Shown here piece by piece: positions 33,683 to 38,998 of a DNA stretch of 38,998 nt. Each line of letters begins with the position of its first letter. Position 1 is the first letter of the stretch. Below the pieces are notes generated by a model. The model was not told the origin of the DNA, searched no databases, and worked only from the letters and a program-made list of their open reading frames with translations. Source of the stretch: a virus; IMG/VR virus record IMGVR_UViG_3300017694_000011, positions 1-38,998 of that record; one strand, 5' to 3'. The translations under genes and the position numbers were made by a program.

Positions 33683-33987
33683 ACGACCATAACGACTACC
33701 GCGTCTTGTATATCATCATGAGCGCGATTGCCGGATCGGTGACCGCGCTTTCTTTTATGAAATACAAGCAGATGACGTGGGTCGAAATCGGTTTCACGCT
33801 GTTTGTGGGCTTTGCCTTCGCGGTGATCGCCGTTCCGTACATCGCAGCGGACTGGCTGAAAATGGACATCGGCAATCTTCGCGCGGTATGCTTTGCGGTG
33901 TATACCGGCGGCACCGCCTGGAACGTCCTTATCCCGGTCGTCATCAAGCGCTTTAAAGCCGCTGTCGGAATGGAGGACGCGGCATGA
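33679..33987 (+). CDS. Holin candidate, 102 aa, about 3 TM segments
   Basis: GTG start in a GTGA overlap. Three hydrophobic segments and a charged C-terminus, two genes upstream of the endolysin. Confidence 0.5.
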   Translation: MNDHNDYRVLYIIMSAIAGSVTALSFMKYKQMTWVEIGFTLFVGFAFAVIAVPYIAADWLKMDIGNLRAVCFAVYTGGTAWNVLIPVVIKRFKAAVGMEDAA

Positions 33988-34307
33988 GCGTATTTGATAT
34001 CGCGAATGTGATCGGTCGACTGCTGCTGACGGCAATCGTCATCTACAAGCTATCGCAGTTCCGCGATCAGATGATTGCGTTGGAGCGCATCGGCTTGGGC
34101 GTGATGGGAGCGGGATCGTTCCTGACGATACCCATCATCATCGACCGCAACGGCAATCCCTTCAACGGGTGGGCGGTGTCGCTGCTGACGTTCGGGGCGG
34201 TGATCTTCATCGCCGGCAGAGTGCTGCGCGATCGTAAGCACGAGCGGGCGAACCAGCAACAGATACACGCCGCGCGCGAACATTTGAAGGCTAGGGGGAA
34301 GCTGTGA
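33984..34307 (+). CDS. Holin/antiholin candidate, 107 aa, about 3 TM segments with a basic C-terminal tail
   Basis: Three hydrophobic segments, then RDRKHERANQQQIHAAREHLKARGKL. Directly upstream of and overlapping the endolysin start. Confidence 0.5.
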   Translation: MSVFDIANVIGRLLLTAIVIYKLSQFRDQMIALERIGLGVMGAGSFLTIPIIIDRNGNPFNGWAVSLLTFGAVIFIAGRVLRDRKHERANQQQIHAAREHLKARGKL

Positions 34308-34951
34308 CGCCATTCGATTTCGTGATGCTGTTTCAGCGCCGCGCAGGGTTGGATGTAGACGGCATCCCCGGCGGCAAAACGATGGCGGCGCTGGATAAGG
34401 CGTTCCCGCCTGCCCTGCGCGAAATACCGCCGCATGCTAAAATCCCCATGGCGGTCATCGAGGGCGCCATAGCCAACGAACGCCGCTACGGCATCCCCGC
34501 GTCCGTCACGCTCGCGCAATGGGCGCTGGAAAGCGGTTGGGGCAAGTCGGTCAGCGGCAAGAACAACTATGGCGGCATCACCGCCCGCGTAACTGGCGCG
34601 AACTTCCCCACGACGCCAGGGCGTCCGCTAGAGCCCGCTACGCTGTGCTGGACGCATGAGGTCGTCGGTGGCAAGCGTGTCCGCTGTCAGCGTTGGTTCA
34701 AGGACTACGCGACGCCTGCGGACTATTTCGAGGCCCACGGTAAGCTGCTAGGCACCAGCAAGATTTACGCGGAGGCTCGGTCCAAGCTGCCTGACGTAGA
34801 GGCGTTCGTGGATGCGCTCGACCCTGAGTACAAGCCGCGCGCTAAGGACCCGAATTGGAATGCCTATGCCACCGATCCAAAATATGCGGAGTCGCTTAAG
34901 TCGATCATCCGCACCAACGGGCTGCGGCAGTATGATGGGTGGGGGGCGTGA
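34304..34951 (+). CDS. Endolysin: PG_binding_1-like N-domain plus glucosaminidase (FlgJ/mannosyl-glycoprotein endo-beta-N-acetylglucosaminidase-like) domain
   Basis: GLDVDGIPGGKTMAAL (peptidoglycan-binding repeat) and YGIPASVTLAQWALESGWGKS...NNYGGI (glucosaminidase signature). Confidence 0.85.
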   Translation: MTPFDFVMLFQRRAGLDVDGIPGGKTMAALDKAFPPALREIPPHAKIPMAVIEGAIANERRYGIPASVTLAQWALESGWGKSVSGKNNYGGITARVTGANFPTTPGRPLEPATLCWTHEVVGGKRVRCQRWFKDYATPADYFEAHGKLLGTSKIYAEARSKLPDVEAFVDALDPEYKPRAKDPNWNAYATDPKYAESLKSIIRTNGLRQYDGWGA

Positions 34952-35169
34952 ACGCCCGCGAACAACTCATAGCCTATCTGGCAACGCTAGGTGCGCTAGT
35001 GATTGTCGTGATTGCCGCATTTACCGCGTCAGCAGCGGGCGTGTCGGTGACGGAGGCGTTCGGCATGGGCGCTGTCACGGGCGGGCTTATCGGAATTCTG
35101 CGTATCCCTTCGTCGTCACGGCCAGCAGGCACGCAGACTGATCCTGTCGTAACAGAGGAAGCAAAATGA
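34948..35169 (+). CDS. Membrane protein of the lysis cassette, 73 aa, 2 hydrophobic segments
   Basis: GTG in a GTGA overlap with the endolysin stop. Hydrophobic segments LIAYLATLGALVIVVIAAFTA and FGMGAVTGGLIGIL. Confidence 0.5.
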   Translation: MNAREQLIAYLATLGALVIVVIAAFTASAAGVSVTEAFGMGAVTGGLIGILRIPSSSRPAGTQTDPVVTEEAK

Positions 35170-35324
35170 AAATCAACATCAAAAAAGCCGCCACCTCAGT
35201 AGTCAAAGCCGCCAAGGACAACCCCGAAAAGGCGCTGGCTATTGCCGCGCTGCTGGCGCCGGGGCTGTTTCGCAAACTGGCGCCTAAGGTCGTACCGATT
35301 ATTGTGGGGGTGGTGAAGAAGTGA
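35166..35324 (+). CDS. Highly cationic 52-aa peptide, last gene of the lysis cassette (MKINIKKAATSVVKAAKDNPEKALAIAALLAPGLFRKLAPKVVPIIVGVVKK)
   Basis: Own translation, below the ORF-track cutoff. ATGA overlap with the upstream gene. 10 Lys plus 1 Arg against 2 acidic residues, with a hydrophobic core. Confidence 0.5.
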   Translation: MKINIKKAATSVVKAAKDNPEKALAIAALLAPGLFRKLAPKVVPIIVGVVKK

Positions 35325-35425
35325 TGCGGCGGGTCAGGATTTGAACCTGAGACTGACCCGGCGCAAGCTGCCCATTATTCCAGGGTAGTCTTCCAGCGCT
35401 CTATCCAACTGAGCTACGCCGCCGC
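35325..35425 (-). tRNA. tRNA-like element with non-canonical architecture; isotype and anticodon not assignable
   Basis: Minus-strand read: GCGGCGG-CGTA-GCTC-AGTTGGATA-GAGC ...47 nt... TCAGG-TTCAAAT-CCTGA-C-CCGCCGC-A. It has a 7-bp acceptor helix and canonical D- and T-arms. The junctions are off register and there are about 25 excess nt between the D- and T-arms. No CCA is encoded. Confidence 0.5.
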
Positions 35426-35470
35426 ATCTTAGGTTCAGATATCACCCATTACGATATTACGCAACTGCGC

Positions 35471-36064
35471 TCACCCCTCCACCTTCGCGGGCGGGGATTG
35501 CAGGGCGGCAAGGTCGCAAAGGTGGTTCCAAGCGCCCGCCAAGGCACGCGCCACCGCTGGACTGTTCGGGCTGGTGCCGACATGGCAAATCACAGTCTCA
35601 GTCCCTTCGACGTACAGCCCCTGCATCCGTTGCGGTTCGGTCTGGTCGAAGTTGGCGGCAGTGATCCTTACACTATCGGCGACATGCTTTCCGTGTTCGT
35701 CCGCATCGAGCGCGTCGGTAGCGCCCCATTCCGCGCGCCCGATACGATTGACCAGTTCGGCTACGTCGGCAGGAAGTGGCTCCCCCACCGCTGCGCGCGG
35801 GCGGGCGAGGGCTGGATACAGAGGCGTTTCGGTCCACCCCTTGCCTACCGCGTAATCGTCCCGTTCGGCATTAACGATCCGCCGGACCAAATCGCTAACC
35901 GACGATTTCTTTTCGTACATCCACGCCACAGGTACCCCATCCCCGGTAGGCGCGGAGGCGAGGGCGGCGTCTATGATTTCATCCGGCCCGATCAGGTTGC
36001 GAGCGTATTGCAGCGCGTACCGTACCGGGTCCACCGTCACCGGCGCGTCGTTCGTGGGGGTCAT
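35471..36064 (-). CDS. Hypothetical protein, 197 aa; last CDS of the leftward array
   Basis: Track ORF with an ATGA overlap to the upstream gene. Confidence 0.65.
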   Translation of the reverse strand: MTPTNDAPVTVDPVRYALQYARNLIGPDEIIDAALASAPTGDGVPVAWMYEKKSSVSDLVRRIVNAERDDYAVGKGWTETPLYPALARPRAAVGEPLPADVAELVNRIGRAEWGATDALDADEHGKHVADSVRITAANFDQTEPQRMQGLYVEGTETVICHVGTSPNSPAVARALAGAWNHLCDLAALQSPPAKVEG

Positions 36065-36348
36065 GCGGGAAGTCCTTGGTCAGCGGCGTATTCGGCCCAC
36101 GACCGTTCGATCGCGGCCAGCAGGTGTTCCGAGCCATGCGCGCCAAGGGTTTCCTCCGCAGACGCATGCCCGGCGCGCCACGCCTGCTCGACCATATCGC
36201 GGACGATGGGTTGCAACACCTGATCGGCTTCGGCGACGGTCAGCAGGTTCGTACCGTGACGGTTCGGGCCTGGCTGTGTGGCGCAAAGGTCGGATGCCAC
36301 GCTGTCGGGCAACCGTGCGGCACAGAATTGATTACCAATGTTCTTCAC
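36061..36348 (-). CDS. Hypothetical protein, 95 aa
   Basis: Track ORF with 4-nt overlaps on both sides. Confidence 0.6.
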   Translation of the reverse strand: MKNIGNQFCAARLPDSVASDLCATQPGPNRHGTNLLTVAEADQVLQPIVRDMVEQAWRAGHASAEETLGAHGSEHLLAAIERSWAEYAADQGLPA

Positions 36349-36743
36349 TTCGCATTCTCCTGTTTCAGGTGCTGGGCGACGCGGAGGCCGGAAGCGGAGG
36401 CCGTGACGTTCCAGTAGCTGTTGCCCTGCTCAATTTCGGCAAGCCCATGCGCGACCAAGCGGTTCAGCGTCGGGCGTGTCGGCTGCTCTTTGCTGTGGCC
36501 GTGCCAAGCGTCGGAAGCAGCAATGTTACCCGATGCCAGCCACACCATTGCGTTCCGCTGCGCCTTCGTCAGCTTCGCCGCGACCTCTGCGTCAGTCTGC
36601 CGCCCCACAAGATCGTCCGTCATGGGCGGGGCAGGCTTTGCGCGGTGCTGGTCGCCAGCATCACAGGAGCAAGGCCGCTCGGTCTGGGTCGTCAGGCCAG
36701 TATCCCAGCAGTCGGTGCAGGGACCATCGTCGCTATCCATCAT
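36345..36743 (-). CDS. Hypothetical protein with an N-terminal Cys cluster and a possible winged-helix C-domain, 132 aa
   Basis: CTDCWDTG...CSCD near the N-terminus. The C-terminal LTKAQRNAMVWLASG...TLNRLVAHGLAE resembles MarR-like wHTH segments (weak). Confidence 0.55.
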   Translation of the reverse strand: MMDSDDGPCTDCWDTGLTTQTERPCSCDAGDQHRAKPAPPMTDDLVGRQTDAEVAAKLTKAQRNAMVWLASGNIAASDAWHGHSKEQPTRPTLNRLVAHGLAEIEQGNSYWNVTASASGLRVAQHLKQENAK

Positions 36744-37282
36744 GGGCGTTCTCCGAGGGCTTGGAGGGCGGCGCGGGCCATCTCAAGGTAGTCGCTCTGG
36801 AACGGTTCGTTCACGTCACGGTACTGACCGCCGCGCATACCGCGCGTCAGGATCCCCTCACTCATGTTGGGCAAGGCGCTATCGAAGTCGTCGCCGTTCG
36901 CGTCCGCTATCGCCCTAGCCACCCGCTCCACGTCCGCATCCCGGCCTTCGATCGGCGGGGTGGGGGTGGCGGCGAGCATGGAGCGGTAGACCGAAAGCCC
37001 GCTGTCGTGCAGGTGTACACCCCATTCCGCAGCGGCATCGTATGCCGCCGTTAGCATCGCCTCTGTCGGCTCGACGGGCACCAGCACCCAGCCCGCAGGC
37101 GTGGTCCGCGCGTTCCAAACCGCGATAGCCGCGTTCTTAGAACTGAAGCTCTCGGTATTTGCCTCACAACCAATCCCGGGACATGCGACCCAATATTCTG
37201 GTGCGTCTTGTCCGCGTAGGACCGCCTCGCTCCCGCAAAACGGACACGGCAGCAGTTCGCCCGCAGGCACACCCCCGCTCAT
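36740..37282 (-). CDS. Lar-family (restriction alleviation) zinc-ribbon domain fused to an unknown C-terminal domain, 180 aa
   Basis: LLPCPFCGSEAVL....YWVACPGIGCEANTESFSSKNAAIAVWNAR matches the Lar-family pattern (CPFCG ... V.C..C ... AI..WN.R). About 115 additional residues follow. Confidence 0.65.
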   Translation of the reverse strand: MSGGVPAGELLPCPFCGSEAVLRGQDAPEYWVACPGIGCEANTESFSSKNAAIAVWNARTTPAGWVLVPVEPTEAMLTAAYDAAAEWGVHLHDSGLSVYRSMLAATPTPPIEGRDADVERVARAIADANGDDFDSALPNMSEGILTRGMRGGQYRDVNEPFQSDYLEMARAALQALGERP

Positions 37283-37665
37283 GCCGAGGGGCCTGATAGG
37301 CGGGGAGCCTGGGCGTCATCGAAAGCGCGCAACGCTTTGCGTGCAGCAGCAGCTTCCGGCGCGTTGTGATGCGGCGTGTGGCTCAGGTATTCCTCTAACC
37401 CACGGAGCGCGTCTGCCAGCGGGAAGAACGCGTCTTGTAACATCGACACCGACTGATTGGCCCACTTGATCGCGGTAGTGCGATCCTTCACGGCGCCATG
37501 AACAGCGGCGTCCAGCGCCTTCGGGTCGTGATGCTCCGATTTGTTCATCACGATCACGTAGCCGACGCATTTGCCTTTTCGGTCCATGAGCATGGTGCCG
37601 CCGCCGTATCCCATGGTGCTGTACGGGACTTGCTGGACGGTCGTCCAAAGCGGATGGTCGGTCAT
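37279..37665 (-). CDS. Hypothetical protein, 128 aa
   Basis: In-frame ATG (MTDHPLWTT...) in an ATGA overlap with the upstream stop. The longer track start overlaps the neighbouring gene. Confidence 0.6.
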   Translation of the reverse strand: MTDHPLWTTVQQVPYSTMGYGGGTMLMDRKGKCVGYVIVMNKSEHHDPKALDAAVHGAVKDRTTAIKWANQSVSMLQDAFFPLADALRGLEEYLSHTPHHNAPEAAAARKALRAFDDAQAPRLSGPSA

Positions 37666-37952
37666 GCCTCGGCCTCCCAGCGCTTGATAGCCTGTAGACG
37701 GCACACGCTTTCATACAGCGCCCACGCCACTTTCTTGACCGGCTCTAGCGACATAGCGCGAGCCGTGTCGTCACCCGCCGGGCAGCGGTAATCCATGATC
37801 GCCTTGTTGATGTCAGCGAAAGAACCAAACGGCTGACCTTCGCAAGCGCCCCGCGCGGCCATCGCCGTCATGTAGAGCGTGCCCAAAGAACGGACGGTGG
37901 CCTTGCCGGTTTCGATCTCGGCTTGGATCATAAGCAATGGGTAGTCGCTCAT
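37662..37952 (-). CDS. Hypothetical protein, 96 aa
   Basis: Track ORF with ATGA overlaps on both sides. Confidence 0.6.
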   Translation of the reverse strand: MSDYPLLMIQAEIETGKATVRSLGTLYMTAMAARGACEGQPFGSFADINKAIMDYRCPAGDDTARAMSLEPVKKVAWALYESVCRLQAIKRWEAEA

Positions 37953-38110
37953 GCTGCGGCTCCTTCATCCTCAGCTTCTGTTTCTGTTCGAACGGGCGGA
38001 TCATCACAAACGCCCGTACCGGCACTATGCGCTATGGCGCTACTGCGCGCAATGGCTTCGTGCGTGTTTATTGCGGCTTGGGCTTGGATGTCTAATCCTG
38101 CTTCACCCAC
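37949..38110 (-). CDS. Possible acidic-tailed 53-aa protein (VGEAGLDIQAQAAINTHEAIARSS...TETEAEDEGAAA)
   Basis: GTG at 38110 overlaps the upstream stop (GTGGGTGA), and an ATGA overlap leads into the downstream gene. It fills an otherwise 150-nt gap. The upstream part of the track ORF is Arg-rich and unlikely to be coding. Confidence 0.35.
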   Translation of the reverse strand: MGEAGLDIQAQAAINTHEAIARSSAIAHSAGTGVCDDPPVRTETEAEDEGAAA

Positions 38111-38366
38111 GCCCCACCTCCCCCGTCGCCGGCAGAGAGCGGATGTTCGCTGCGATAAAATCACACAGAGCATTCGGGTTCTTCCACTGTTCTGGCGTGT
38201 GATTTGCCGCCCACGTATCCTCTGCGCACATTGCCGCCCGCTCGCGCATGGCTGCGGCTTCTGCGTCGGCGAAGGCGAGCATGGCGGCAATGATGTCGCT
38301 CAACGTCTCGCCGGCAAGGTCCAGATGCAGCGCCAATACCGCTTTCGCCTCCTCTTCCCGCGTCAC
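38103..38366 (-). CDS. Hypothetical protein, 87 aa
   Basis: Track ORF with an ATGA overlap to the upstream gene. Confidence 0.6.
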   Translation of the reverse strand: MTREEEAKAVLALHLDLAGETLSDIIAAMLAFADAEAAAMRERAAMCAEDTWAANHTPEQWKNPNALCDFIAANIRSLPATGEVGRG

Positions 38367-38647
38367 GACAGCGCCTCCGCTTGGGCGCGCGCACGCAGGC
38401 GGGCAACGGTTTCACGCCGAGAGGCTTCACCTAGCGTCCAGTCACGCGACCAGAATGTGCCTTCGTAGCCATCGTGCGCCGTGTAAATCACCTTTGTCCC
38501 GGCGTCGTTGGCGCGGATACTGGCATTGATTTCGTCCGGCCGGAACAAAGCGATTTCAACCTGAACGTCCAATGTGTTCACACAATGCGTTGCGCGTTCC
38601 ACTTCCTCAGCCAACGCCAGCAGCTTGATCCGATCGGTCATAATCAA
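38363..38647 (-). CDS. Hypothetical protein, 94 aa
   Basis: Track ORF with protein-like composition. Confidence 0.6.
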   Translation of the reverse strand: MIMTDRIKLLALAEEVERATHCVNTLDVQVEIALFRPDEINASIRANDAGTKVIYTAHDGYEGTFWSRDWTLGEASRRETVARLRARAQAEALS

Positions 38648-38651
38648 TCTC

Positions 38652-38822
38652 CTAATTCGGCAAAATAACCATCAACGCGCCCACAAACGCGATGACGACT
38701 AGCCAGCAAAACACGTCGCCCCAATTAGCCCCGCGCACCTTCTCCACCACCAAAGGCATATCGCGCAGGCGCTGGTCACGGACGCGACGGGCTTCCGACA
38801 CCCTGGATGCTTGCCAGTTCAT
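38652..38822 (-). CDS. Small C-terminally anchored membrane protein, 56 aa (MNWQASRVSEARRVRDQRLRDMPLVVEKVRGANWGDVFCWLVVIAFVGALMVILPN)
   Basis: In-frame ATG at 38822 with GGAG upstream. The longer track start (38936) runs into the neighbouring ORF and repeat. Confidence 0.55.
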   Translation of the reverse strand: MNWQASRVSEARRVRDQRLRDMPLVVEKVRGANWGDVFCWLVVIAFVGALMVILPN

Positions 38823-38874
38823 TTGTTCTGCTCCATATCTGCCACCTCGCTCAGCACCTGCGATACGGGCGCGG

Positions 38875-38998
38875 TCATGCGGGCACCCGCTTGGTGCGCA
38901 GGTAAATCGCGAAGGCGACGTTGATGGCGAAGGCAAGAGTAAGGGCTACGGCCCAACCGGCGCTATGGGCCGTCAGAGCACCCCTTAGACAGAAGCCA
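38875..38998 (-). CDS. 3' part, with stop, of the junction-spanning small hydrophobic protein (same gene as 1..152)
   Basis: Identical sequence to 1..123 plus the completing TGA (rc of 38875-38877). Confidence 0.5.
   Translation of the reverse strand, partial: GFCLRGALTAHSAGWAVALTLAFAINVAFAIYLRTKRVPA
38876..38998. repeat. Right copy of the 123-bp direct terminal repeat
   Basis: Identical to 1..123 by direct reading. Confidence 0.95.

Noticed and set aside
35325-35470. The tRNA-like element read as an attP site of a temperate phage (integration into a host tRNA gene).
   Set aside because: I found no integrase, excisionase or CI-type repressor in any frame. Both acceptor strands are present rather than only a 3' tRNA fragment. 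This cannot be fully excluded without comparison to host tRNA genes.
1-38998. CRISPR arrays, rRNA genes, transposases/IS elements, reverse transcriptases and toxin-antitoxin pairs.
   Set aside because: No regularly spaced direct repeats, no rRNA-like sequence and no DDE, tyrosine/serine recombinase or RT motifs were seen in any listed ORF translation.

Overview
The window reads as one complete, GC-rich tailed-phage genome. Bases 1-123 recur exactly at 38876-38998, so the unique unit is 38,875 bp and closes into a circle. Strand switches define four blocks. (i) A leftward array of about 17 small ORFs of unknown function, mostly coupled by 4-nt overlaps, runs 1565->1 and continues through the junction to 35471. 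It includes a Lar-like restriction-alleviation domain and ends in a non-canonical tRNA-like element (35325-35425). (ii) A short rightward block (1685-3301) holds a Cro-like HTH, a tiny membrane protein, a triple-HTH protein and a compact C5-methyltransferase-like protein. (iii) A leftward replication/recombination block (9460->3290) holds a Sak4-like ATPase, an SSB-like protein with a DDLDDDVPF tail, an AT-rich HNH endonuclease, a YqaJ exonuclease, a compositionally chimeric N6/N4 DNA methyltransferase, an SF2 helicase and a VRR-NUC nuclease. (iv) A long rightward block (9542-35324) holds an HTH protein, a primase-polymerase, an AT-rich repeat-dense ori-like spacer, small ORFs, TerS/TerL, portal, scaffold and coat. 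It continues with P22 gp4-, gp10- and needle-like tail factors, an SGNH esterase, a GNAT, ejection proteins (including a 79-aa M15 peptidase and a 935-aa protein) and a beta-helix tailspike. It ends in a membrane-protein-rich lysis cassette with a glucosaminidase endolysin and a terminal cationic peptide. I saw no integrase, CI-type repressor, transposase, CRISPR array or rRNA. All calls come from reading the ORF translations and the nucleotide sequence by eye; no database search, HMM, folding or GC computation was run. Family names are motif-level recognitions and GC statements are visual estimates. The items I rank highest for follow-up are the aberrant tRNA-like element, the chimeric methyltransferase and HNH low-GC patches, the compact C5-MTase-like protein, the spanin-less lysis cassette ending in a cationic peptide, the GNAT and mini-M15 genes in the ejection module, and the long coupled array of unknown early ORFs with a Lar-like fusion.
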